Origin: Ramazzottius varieornatus
Lineage: Eukaryota; Animalia; Tardigrada
Direction of reading: 5' to 3'
DNA length: 64,000 bases
Assembly: GCA_001949185.1 (NCBI GenBank)
Contig: BDGG01000013.1
Location: forward strand, 1-64,000
The notes under the pieces are model-generated. The model did not search any database and had not been told where the DNA came from. It saw only the letters and a list, made by a program, of their open reading frames with translations. Shown here one piece after another: positions 1 through 11,250 of this stretch. Position 1 is the first letter of the stretch. The number at the start of each line of letters is the position of its first letter. The position numbers and the translations under genes were made by a program.

Positions 1-376
1 GCACAGGAACACCAATGACTGGCGCAACCTCTGGCGCGGGAGCATCCTTAGGTGCACGTTCTGGCTTCTTTTTCGCAGAGGAGGAAGGAGCTGAAAAGTC
101 AAGAATGACAATAAATTAAGAGCGACATATCCTTTCGGTTTTGATCACTTTGGTGGAAATCAGAGGAGTCTGCAGACCAGCAGGTTTCGGGCTACACTTC
201 GCAATCAAAGTCAAACACTTCAGAGCACAGGTATCGGATCAAGCAAATCAATCCATACAGTAGCACTTACAAACAACTTCGACGCGTTCGGCGGACAGCG
301 GAGGTGACTGTGATGTGGAAGCTTTCGATGGGGTATCAGCACAGGTGAGAGCCTGAGCTCTTCTCGTGGACACCAT
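1..376 (-). CDS. Possible 5' part of a spliced gene running off the left edge (low-complexity S/P/K/A-rich N-terminus)
   Basis: ATG at 376 (MVSTRRAQALTCADTPSKASTSQSPP), a GTAAG donor near 270, and downstream open sequence APSSSAKKKPERAPKDAPAPEVAPVIGVP to the window edge. No recognisable domain. Confidence 0.3.
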
Positions 377-1566
377 TCCTAAATACGAAGATCGAAATCT
401 GTCTCGAAACCGGACAACAAGAAATGTCGCGTCCAGTACTAGGAACAACGTAAGTATCAATTGAAATTTTAGTGAACAGTACACGACGGACCGGTGCCCG
501 TTCGCTGTTCAGCACCTAACCCTTTACCAGAGTGATACACGTGCAGAATGTACTAAAACTCTGGTGGATAATCACGAGGAGAGTTGAATGACGTAGGATT
601 TCTCCACTGGGATTGGATAATGTAACTCCGCTCAAATAGATTTAAAGGTGACATCTGGGTCACGTGCTGTAGTCGCTTATGTTGCACACGTGACTTGTAC
701 CGTCGTACGCAGCATCAGTGGGTAACAGCACTTGCATGTGTGAAAATGACAAGATTGAGAAGGAAACCTGTCCGAATAGATGTCTGATTGGTTTGGTGGA
801 AGTATGCCATATCAGACAGTATGTGTAGGATCGTGGTTTCAAGTGTTATTCGAGTACAGTTTGTAACACGCAGTTAACCTTAGTACTGTATTAATTATTC
901 TACCGGCTTGCAGTGGTCGCACATGTTTTTTCCTTTGAGCAAAAAGATAGCCCTCAAAATCCAAAATTTAAACGGAACAACGGATCCGGCAGAAAGTTGC
1001 TTGACAGAGTGGGAAGAAAAGTCAAAGCTGCGTCAGTTCACTGAGAGCAATACTGGACACTAGCCAGAACAAACTTGCTACTTTCTCCACTTGTAAAAGA
1101 ACCCCATAGCCTGCCAAACCCAACTCTCCGCGTGATTGTGCCATGCTATCCAATGCTATAAAGCCTGGCATGGCAAACAGCTTCGGCACGTGTATCACTC
1201 TGCCTTTACCGACCGAATTCGAACCACCAAAGCGACCATACAACTTGGCGTGCCGTACACTGATGAGCTGCTGTACTTTGCGTTACTGGAGAGTGGGACA
1301 CACGTTCAGACGGTTGATTGATTGCGCTACGCGATCACCGAGGCGGAGCGAGTACTCGTTACGTCATCCACATACACCCAAAACAGAAGAGAACGGTGGC
1401 GCCAATAGGTTTAGAGTAGTTCTGCATTGCTGAATTCGTAAAAAGCTGAAACATGACTTGATCCGCTTACATTTTGCGCATTTTTTGATATATGTTCTTC
1501 ACTAGTCTACGGCGGTGCCGAGTCAATCGGCATTTCGGCACGCCGCTGTTTTCGGCACGCAAAGTA

Positions 1567-4447
1567 CGAGGTGAAGCGCAGAACTTTACTAGCGGCTAAA
1601 ACCTTACTAAGCACCTTTAGAGAAGGATTTCTCAACGCGTATTGGAAAGATTTGCTTGCTCCTTTTTTTAAAAAATTCAGCAGGCTCTTGTCTTGGCTTT
1701 TGGTGAGGCGAACTGAAAAACGAGTAGGGATACAGACACGGGAATTTAAACTGTCCAGACTCTTCCTCGATATTAGGGAAAACACTCCCTGAAGACCGGC
1801 GCCACACGTTTCCGGTCGGTCAGCTGACTTCACCATCTACGTGCTGAGTAAGGCAGCAGCCTGCCTCGTCGCTTGAAAAGTTAGTAATGTTTCCGCAGCA
1901 CCAGATTATCCCAAGGACAAGTCCTTGATTAATTGATATTAAATGTTTCCCACTTAATAGTTTTGTGAATTTCATTTTGTAAATCATTCAGCATTGCTGA
2001 AATTTGCTGTCCTCGCTAGTCCTTTCTTCTTCTTTGACTGCAATAATATTATCGCTGTAATACTGCTGTGCGAACATGGAGAAGCCTGTGAGGAAGTACA
2101 ACGGAAATCATACTGGTCTGCTGGATGCGTTGGCAGCAATCGAGAGCGGAGCGATGACTACGAACCGAGCCTCAAAACACTTCGGTGTCCCTCAGAAGAC
2201 GCTGAGCAATAAGATCAACGGAGTTCATACGAAGAAGGTTGGCAGACCTCGAACTTTTACGGATGAGGAGGAGAAAGAGATCTGTGACATCTTACTGTGC
2301 TGCGCAAAGGTTGGAGCACCGCTCAACAAGAGGAAACTGATGGAAATCGTCCGAGCAATTGCACTTCACAAAGGTAAATCTTCTTCGTAAACAGGTGCCG
2401 TAATCGAAGCTCTTCCTCTTCCGCCGATCGGGTATTCCCATGTCAATTGAACTACCTGGTGGGCTAGCGAAGCTGTTTCTGTTCATGTGTGGAATGGTAT
2501 TATTTATAGGCATTGACGAAGGAAAGTTCGGTTCTCGGTGGCACCGAGATCTTTTGGGCAGGCACAAGGAGGTGTCGTTGCGAACGCTTTGTGCTGTAAG
2601 CATGAAGAAGTCAAGAGAATGGACCAGAGAACGATGTGAAGGATGGATCAAGTTGCTGCAGGAATACGCTGATGATGGATATTTGAGTAATCCAGATGGA
2701 GTTTGGAATCTCGATGAGAGCGGATTCAAGCTTGCTGAAATGTACGATAAAGGATATGCCCAGAAAGGAACGCCCAATGTTACTGGGTACGTCAAAGGTT
2801 CGGCAAGTGATCGCGACAATATGACACTTTTAGTTGTGGGAAACGCCAGCGGAAAGATGCTGCGGCCGTTGATACTGTATAGCGGGAAACTTCACATCGA
2901 AAGTCACTTTGACGAGACTGATGACCAGTGTTTCCTAAGTACCAATGCTTCTGGTGTGATGGACACCTTTGTGCTGACGGATTACCTTGAGAAAGAATGG
3001 CTTCCATCTCTAACCTGTGAAAAAGTACGGCTCGGCTAGACAAATTTGATTCTTGGAAAATTTTCGAAAAAAATAATTCACATTTTCAGAATATCTTATT
3101 CTACGATGGCCATTCTTCACATCTGAACTGCCTTGCACTTCTCGCCGCTTGTATGGAAAGGAGCATCGAAGTGGTGTGTTTACCTTCCGGCCAAACCAGT
3201 TGCCTCCAACCTTTGGACAAGAAGGTATTCGGTGGTGTGAAACAAAAGTGGCGCCAGTATCTTCAAGATTCAAGGATGAACACTGATATCGACGTAAGAA
3301 CTTAATTTTTGCTTCTGACTTGATCAGCCCCTGTCTAGTTCTCGTCTTTCTGAACCGCTCATTTTAGGTGACTCGTCAAAACTTTCCGTCGCATATTGTC
3401 AAGTTATGGGCTCCGAATGCTTCGCCATATTCGTTCAACCTAGGCGGTCCTTTGAAACATGGCTTTGAGCTGACAGGACTCTTTCCCTTCGACTCTGACG
3501 TACTAAGCGCAACCGTTGATCCAAATCTACCGGTGGACGAAGATGAGGATGAGGATCAAGAAGTGATCGCGCGTGAGTACCATTACGGTGAGATTTCCAA
3601 AATTCTTCAAGAAAGCCTGGGCTTAGACGAGGACAAGACTAGAACATGCCTAATCCAGATCAAACAGATTGTCCAGCGCGCATCAGCTGCTCAAGTTATC
3701 GCTACTGACTTCCACGCTCATCTGCTGAAAGCGGCACCAAAGAAAAAAAGACAGCTAAAAGATTCTCGTCTTGATCCCAAGCACGGGCTAGCTTTAACTC
3801 GATCAGAATTCATCAGTGTCAAAATGGACGCAATCCGCAAGGCCAAAGAACAAAAAGCCAAGACCAAGAAACAGGACAAGAAAGATGCTGTTGCTCGTCC
3901 CGATGATGTCCCTGTAAGCGCCAAGAAGAACCCAGGCACACGGAAAGCAACTCCGAAGACGCCAAAGACCAGCGAAGCTCCAGTAGATTCGTCCGTTCCA
4001 TCCACCAGCAAGGCTCCAGGTCGAGCCCGGCTTGCCAGAACCGCAAAGAAAGCCGTCGAACGTGCGAATTCCGCATTAAAAGCACCTCCCAAGCCGAGGA
4101 AGCCCAGAGCAAAGAAACAGTGAAGTCGGGAGCAGATAATTGTATCGAATTTTGTTTTTTAAAAACGACTCTTTGTCCAGATCAGGTTGTTCAAATGCTA
4201 CCTCGCCGAGGTCCTAAGCGGTTAAAGCAGAAATCCTTGTCCAGTGCCACCTTTGTGACAGTAGAACTACAGTGATTTCTATTACAGTTCGGCCAAACGA
4301 AAATCTCCGCGGAAACTTTACTAACTTTTCTCTCACAGCAAGGCTTACTCTGGCTGCTTCTTGTTAGATTTTCCAGCACCGCAACGCCACCTTGAAACCC
4401 AAGGTAGTAATGTTTTAGCCGCTAGAAAATTTTGGCACTTCACCTCG
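1567..4447 (+). mobile_element. Full-length pogo-superfamily (Tc1/mariner-related) DNA transposon
   Basis: Imperfect ~43 bp TIRs (CGAGGTGAAGCGCAGAACTTTACTAGCGGCTAAAACCTTACTA / TAGTAATGTTTTAGCCGCTAGAAAATTTTGGCACTTCACCTCG). TA at 1565-1566 and 4448-4449. Encloses a DDE_1-type transposase. Confidence 0.92.
2076..4123 (+). CDS. pogo/Tigger-like transposase, 4 exons (2076-2373, 2510-3024, 3090-3293, 3368-4123), ~590 aa
   Basis: HTH_psq-like (ASKHFGVPQKTL) and CENP-B-like HTH N-terminus. Catalytic motifs WNLDESG, FYDGHSSH and LQPLD. GT-AG introns splice in phase with no stops. Confidence 0.9.
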
Positions 4448-5015
4448 TACTGCATCTCTACAGTGCTGCTATAAAAGCTGTGTGTTAGGCAATGTTATTT
4501 TACTATGACTTTTGGAATTTTAATTATTACAATCACTAAAATTCTACCAGATTTTATAATTTTAATTGCAGGAGCACGCAAAGTATTGCATGTCTACAGT
4601 GGTGCTATGTTTCGCGGGGCGACACCGTAACGGGTACTGTTGCCGACGAGGTAGTAAAAGGGAAGAAAATGAGAACTGTGATGATGGCGGCGCGTATCCC
4701 AAGTTCCCAATCATTAGGTGTCGACAGGCTTGATTAATATTTTGGTTTCTTCTGTGATTTTACAGATCGGAGGTTTTAGTTTAAATTCCGGAAAAAGCTG
4801 CCCTCGAGCAGCTTTTATTGAGATTTTAAATCCGTTTATCTCTTGCACACTTGCTTTACATACTTTTTCTACTCTCTATTACACTAATTACAGTTATGGC
4901 TTTCCTCGTTTTTACGTCTGGTTCCCTTCTGCTGTTCTCCAACTGATCTGTAGTCTCTGTTCCGCTGGAATCTGTACAGATTTAGTACTCAGGATATCCT
5001 GTAAACGTGCTGACT

Positions 5016-6112
5016 ATGGGGCGACGGAAGAAAATCCCTACCACGGCTGAGACGAGCCAGCCAGTAGCCAAGAAGTCCCGCCAACAACTTACTGCCGACT
5101 TACCTTCGCAAACCTCAGCTGGAGTCGATTCTCACGAACCTCGCACTTACGGACTATGGTCGACTGAGCAGGAAGGACAGCTTATTGAATGGCTTGAAGA
5201 TCCTGCTAATTACGCGCTGTACAAAGGCGCCGGGAAGAAGAATAACCTGACGGGAAAGCTCAAGACTACAGGAACGACAAAAGCCGCGGTTTACCGCAAG
5301 ATATCAGTTTACCTGGCTGAGCATGGTGTTCAGCGGGACTGCTCGATGGTGAAGAACAAAATCGTTAACTTGGAGAGGGGATACAAAGCCGCCCTGGTCT
5401 TCTTAGGGGGCACTGGCTCCGGCTGTCATAACCCTGATCCTGAGAGACCTACTGAGGAAAAGATGGTTGACGCTACAACTCGAGGTAAAATTCCTACCCA
5501 CGTCAAGTTGCGCAGTTGATGACGTCGGCTCTGTTTTGATGCTTTTATATGTCCATTTGATTACGTCATACGTAACCTCATTGCACTTGGATAATTTAAT
5601 TTATTGCTTTTGCAGGTAGCGTGCTCAATCACTGTCCCTATTGGGATAGACTAAATCCAGTCTATTCCGATCGGGCATCAATGGTTCCGCCGCACACGCC
5701 GGACAGTTTAGGAGCAATGGATGAGGAGGCAGGCTCGGGGGAACAGGAAAGTTACAGAAGTGGCCCAGTAGTTTACAACGACACTGTGCCACCGGAAGTC
5801 GACTTGAGCAGTTTGATACATGAAGATGATTTGCAATGCGATGCGGTTCAATTTACTACTCCAAAGTCAGCTGTGCGTTCTATCGAGCTGAAGACGGCAG
5901 GAAATCCCGACAGAAAGCATCAGGAACCGATTAGTATTGCCGAAGCTTTACAGATTGGGGCAAAGGATCAGCTGGCTCTTTCGGAGAAGGGACTGATGCT
6001 GGAAGAGAAGAAACTAGCGCTAGCGCAACAGAACGTTGAAGCCGACCGAATGGAACGCCCACAATTTGAAAAGAGCGAGAAGAAAGGAAAGAAATCGGCG
6101 TCTATGAGTTGA
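5016..6112 (+). CDS. Harbinger accessory Myb/SANT-like DNA-binding protein (exons 5016-5484, 5616-6112)
   Basis: WSTEQEGQLIEWL...VYRKISVYL...RDCSMVKNKIVNLERGYK...CPYWDRL trihelix/Myb-like pattern, a C-terminal coiled coil and an in-phase GT-AG intron. Confidence 0.75.
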
Positions 6113-6210
6113 AAAAATTAGCACTGCAAAATGAACTAGCGAAAAGTAGTTTGACCAAGTGAAAACCTGTCTCTGCCTTCTGATGTTTAAGACTCTTTCC
6201 TTTACGCTGT

Positions 6211-7369
6211 CTAGGAAACTTTTCCCATCGATTGTTGCACACTCTTGCGGCGTGATGTGACATGCTCTCGATATTTTGTCCAGGTGCTGTAAAAATAGCT
6301 GTCTTTGGGTAACATATCATGCAGCACAACGCAAGCTTTGATCCACCTGACAGCTCTTTCATGGGTTTCTTTGTCGAAAATTTTGATTCTGAGAGACTGC
6401 AGAGAAGGGAAGCGACCTTTCAAAATTCCTATGGTATGCTCAACTCGAATTCGTATGGACGCGAGGTAAAAATTGAATTGCTCGTTATCTGCCACCAGTG
6501 AGGAAGGTCTCTTGTATGATGAGACGGCAACGGCCGACATGGTGTGGGCGCAATCAGCCAGCATGGACTCGCCAGGTGTGAAGAGCTTCGAAGTCAAACT
6601 TGCCAGACGAGAGTTACTGTAGACCTTCATGTCATGAACCGAGCCGCAGAATCCAACGAAAACGTAACGTATCTTACGTTTATCGTCACAAACAATCATA
6701 GCCGATATTCCGTAACGGCTCTTATGGCTCCAGTAGTCTTCTCCGTCTTTCTTCGGCTTGTACTCCAGTGGGATCAGCGTGCCGTCCAGCAAAAAATTTC
6801 AGAATTATGAAACGATAAATGTGCGTACTTTGATGAAGGTCCCTTCGTTTTTGTTCGGCCAGGTCACCTCGCTTGTCTCTAACGACAGTAAAGCGTCAAT
6901 GCACCTGGACGTACATAGACCAACGAATCCCTCTAAAACACCGAAGCGCCTAGCTATCTTTTCGAGCGACGCAGAGCTCCCCGAGCTTCCGAAATAATAA
7001 GCGGGGATCATAAGTTGCAGTCGTGGGTCAGCTTGGTGTTTTACTATGCTGATGAAACACGTTCTGGTCGCTGACTCTTCCCAGAATCCTCTCGAACGCG
7101 TCTCGGGACATCCTGAATTCTTGTTTGAAGCGTTGGTCATCAAGTAATGGAAGTACATACTGGATAAAGTGGGTGCTCTTGAGGACTTCGGGTCGGTGAA
7201 GATATCGAGTGGCGCAAATAAGTTGTAGCAGCACGGTCGCGATGTCTGCTCCATCCTCCTCCGCATCCGCATCAGCAAGGTCTAGGTTCAGCTTCATGAG
7301 TTTCCGTCCGACCACGCATTCTTCTAGATCACTGCTGAGACGCTTTCTTTCAGAAGGGATTGGCATCAT
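6211..7369 (-). pseudogene. Harbinger/HARBI1-like DDE transposase, frameshifted
   Basis: Motifs FKQEFRMSRDAF, LDGTLIP, GSVHD, LADCAH and RIRVEHTIGILKGRF are split over three reading frames (7028-7369, 6805-7278, 6211-6792). Confidence 0.85.
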
Positions 7370-8657
7370 GTACCGCAGAACAGTATAAGTCGAACGGAAT
7401 AAAGAGCAGTGACAAATAGAAACAGAAAGATCGCCAATTTACTCGACAAAGAAGACACCCCGATAATCAAGGTTTTGCGTAAATTGGAACTTTGGTACAC
7501 TTACGCTTGAATTCCGAATATTACGTGATTTTAATCACTAAATCGTCCAATCACGGAATGAACCGATCTAAAAAGCCAAGCCTGTCGACACCTATTGAAT
7601 TACTCCCTGTGACTCAGAATGCAATAATATAGCCTTATCTCCTTCTTTCGCTTCTCCTCAGTCACATTCCATTCACAAGCTTATCTCCACTAATGTTGTA
7701 CTTCGCCCTTCACTGGACAAAGTTCGATAGAGGGGTTCGAACACAAACTTACCAACAAAACCAGCGCCGCAACGACAGCTCGTGCCAAAAAATCCCATGT
7801 TAGACCACCTGAAGTGGTTTGACGTGGGATACCATGGGGTATCAAGTCGCATGCAAGGTTGTTTTACTAACCTCTGCGAGCATTACGTAATAGCCTCACC
7901 CTGTATCGGCGGCAACAACAGCTGTCAAACTGTCAATCAGTTTTAAACCGTTGTCAACTGAAAATGGCATCTTTCCAAAAAACGGGAAACTGGCAATCTC
8001 ATAAAAGACGGTTCCAGACGTTCGCTTCATGCGTCCGCTTCAGCCTCTGCTGAGAAGAGGAACGGATCAGTTTCTCTTCGATCACTCGATCAGTTTTCTT
8101 TTATGAAAAATACCGTTCCCAGTGACGTTCGAACACCGGGTCTCCTGTTTGGTGGAGGTAAAATTTGCGCACTAATGACGAAATTTCCCAGTTGTACCGG
8201 TTCTTGGCAGGTCGCATGTGACAGTTTCGTGATTTTACATATCGGGCTGAGTGACTCATCCGTCTATCGATGGTGGTCACTGATGTGCCGCTGACGCGCG
8301 CGTCTGTCGGCAGGCCAAAACGCGCAAAATTAGAATGTTAGGCCACAAACTTACCGGGGCCAGGTCCCGTATATAAAAAACCATAGCATCGAATCCCAGT
8401 AGGAGTGCTTTTTCGGCTACTGAGCTAATATGTGTAGTTAATCAACCAAACTGTGGTTTTGTTTCTTTTTCACACCCAAGCTGCGGTAGAGGTTGATTGA
8501 ATGACCTTACTTTTCGGTCAGATTAACAATCTGGTACGGCGCAGAATGGTCACGTCATGTGGACCTGGCAATGGTGTGGTTTCACCACACAACACCGAAA
8601 ACCACACTTTTGGTTTCGGTATGTGGAAAACACCAAATCGAAAAAGGTGATGTCTCT

Positions 8658-9066
8658 TAGAGCCTTGCAGCAGTAGCTGCATGGCTCTAACAGACACCAC
8701 TTTGGCAGACACCGGATGCAGTGCTGCTTCTGCACTGCATCCGGTTTCCAGAAACTGCAACTGCACTGCATTTAAAAATTTAAAGTTTCTGCCCACGAAC
8801 GGAAATACACGTCAAACACAACGTAAACGTCGTCATTTTACAGAGATTCAACCGAAAAGCGGTAGAATCCGGCCAGAAATACAAAAAAGCCGATTTCACT
8901 ACTGTTTTCTAGCCCACAACAGTATACTGCGACGAACGGTGCTCACTCTTTCAAACCTGCAACAGCACTGAACCTGCATCTTCTCACCAGTTTGGCGACT
9001 GCAACTGCACTGCATTGCTGTAAAATGCAGTGCAGTGCAGAATGTGCTGCATGTTGCAGGGCTCAA
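8658..9066. mobile_element. Nested hAT-type MITE rich in CTGCA/TGCAG repeats
   Basis: TIRs TAGAGCCTTGCAGCA / TGTTGCAGGGCTCAA. Degenerate 8 bp TSD ATGTCTCT / GTGTCTGT (6 of 8 match). Confidence 0.65.
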
Positions 9067-9329
9067 GTGTCTGTTTCACACCGAACTTTCAGTTTCGGTG
9101 TCCTAGAGCACTACATCACACCAGTGTTATTCTACTAATGGTTTTGGAATTTTAATGTCTATCACAATTAGTAAAATTTTTCCTGAAACCGTAATTCTAG
9201 TTGTTGCAGGTTTGGATTGGCTGAATTCTCTATTATCTATTAATTTTAATTACATCTGAATCTCTAATTAAAATTATGGTCTGTAAGTTTGCATTAACCG
9301 AGTAATCAGCAGGGATATGTATCCGTTGT

Positions 9330-10754
9330 ATGTCATCTTGTTCAGATAGTATGTCATTCCACATGTCCATCAAAATTTTCTGTCTGTATTTTCTTGTGTC
9401 CTCCACGCCATTCTCGCACCGCTCTCCCGCTTTTCTTCTTGCTATCTCTTTTGTTCGCGAGGGCTTTCCTTTGATTATCACGGAGCAAGGACTCGGAAAA
9501 CAGCTTGTTCATCCCAAAGGAAGTTGGATTCTTCAGGCGTTGGTAGCGCGAGCTGTAGGTCTCTTCGCCATCTCAAGAATCTGACTGTACACCGCATGCC
9601 ATTGTTCTGTCGTGGTGGAGAAGCCGGGTGATTATTTGAAGAGTGTGGGATACTACAGGTTGAAGCTCGAATCTACAGCAAACGTGGTTTCGCTGGTTTC
9701 TATATGACGTTAGTTACAAAAGTAAGAATAAACTCGTACGAGACTGTACAATTTGGAAAACCATTGGCAAATCATACTGTAAGTCCTGCTATGTTGTCGT
9801 GCTGTATGTTTCTTCGCTCCTTTGCAGACAAAGCAGAGATGTCCACTGTGTCCGCTGTCTTGAAGGACGCCATGGTAAGCTCGAAGCCTGACGAACACTG
9901 CTGACGCTTTGAAGACTATTCGTAAGTCTTATGTAGAGTCTGGATCAGGGCCGGCTCGTCCTGTATCGAATGTATTATAGTTTATATTGTGACGTCATGC
10001 GTTACCATCAGTTTTGCACTGTAATTAGGCGTAGCTGATGACGTCCATAATACCTTTTTTTCCTGTCTTTCAGAGTTGAAATACGAGGATGAAAAGCCTG
10101 AAACGGTGTCGAATGATCCACTGGCGAAGAGTGAAAAGTCGGAAACTACTTCTGACGAAGGTATGGGAGACAAGTGAAGCTTGTTCATTTGTAACCGACT
10201 AATTTTTTTGTGAAGTTGCAAGTCACAATGAAGTGCCACTTATGATGCCCCCTCCCATCTTGATGCGCTGATGGCGTTCGGAAATTGTTAGCGTGGGATC
10301 AGTTAACAAGTTTGGAACTCCAAATACAGTTGGAATTTCAACAAGATCTACCGAGCTTCAAACTGCGAAACCGTGAACGCTGCCCGTCGTCATTCCTCAA
10401 GCTGTGAATGTTCCCGTTGGAAATCCAACTTCGGTTGGAGTTCCAACTGCGCACGCAGTAAATGATCCCAAGACCTACTACCACGCGCATCGAGATAAGA
10501 CTCGAGCGGCTAACTACCTCCGTGCCACTCAGAGTTTCATGACTTGGCGCGACCAGCAGAAAAAGCAGACGCAGTTAACTCGGGAACAAGAGGACAACGA
10601 GCGAAACTTCGCACGACTTCGTGAAAAGCGAGAGTTGGAAGACAAGCGAGCAAGAGAAGACAGAGATGTCGCAGATAGGTATGCTGCGGAAGACAGTCGT
10701 CGTGTTCTCGATCGTAAGCAAGAAAACTTGGAATTCCGGGAAGCGAGCTCTTGA
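9330..10754 (+). pseudogene. Putative second (cargo/accessory) gene inside the hAT, with charged coiled-coil C-terminus, partly decayed
   Basis: Exon-like segment 10074-10160 bounded by CAG/GTATG (ELKYEDEKPETVSNDPLAKSEKSETTSDE). ORF 10404-10754 is R/E/D/K-rich and helical. The upstream exon contains a stop; the 5' end is uncertain. Confidence 0.4.
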
Positions 10755-11250
10755 CTACTGCGCCATGTATCGTGGTAAAGTTATGTTTAGAGTTTCTCTA
10801 CTGGTTTAGTTACAGTACGGGACGCGATTCTGTCCGGTCGGTCTTAGCGTTACTGTATCGCTGATTGATGGTAGTCCTGTTCAGTCGAAACCTGCACTGG
10901 TAAACGTTAGTACGGTAGAGTTGTGGCCACGGAACAAGTCAAGTGTTATGCCCCTTGACATTTGGTTTCCATGTTTGATTGTTAGATGGCCCATAACTCT
11001 GTCGTGTTGACGACCGGACAGAATCGTGTCCTGCAGTGCACGTCCCTTCAGTTTTTCCTGTAGCACTTATGAATCTTTGGTGTCACTGTTGGTGCACTAT
11101 TTTTGACGGTCTTTCTTTTTTAATAATTACAACGGTAAATCGAAAATGAAGTAGAAAAGTAATATTGGTGCGATGGAATAGTTCATTGTACAGTAATAAT
11201 TAGTAGTGATTGGAATTCCAACGGTTGAAGATCTTTCAGCAACAGTAATA

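Larger units (their letters stand above)
4716..7593. mobile_element. PIF/Harbinger-superfamily (PHIS) transposon with two convergent genes, decayed
   Basis: Perfect 17 bp TIR AGGTGTCGACAGGCTTG / CAAGCCTGTCGACACCT. 3 bp direct repeat ATT at 4713-4715 and 7594-7596. Contains a Myb/SANT-like ORF and a DDE_Tnp_4 ORF. Confidence 0.9.

Noticed and set aside
3820-4123. Basic disordered tail reminiscent of Dsup or histone H1
   Set aside because: The similarity is compositional only, and the tail is in frame with a transposase.
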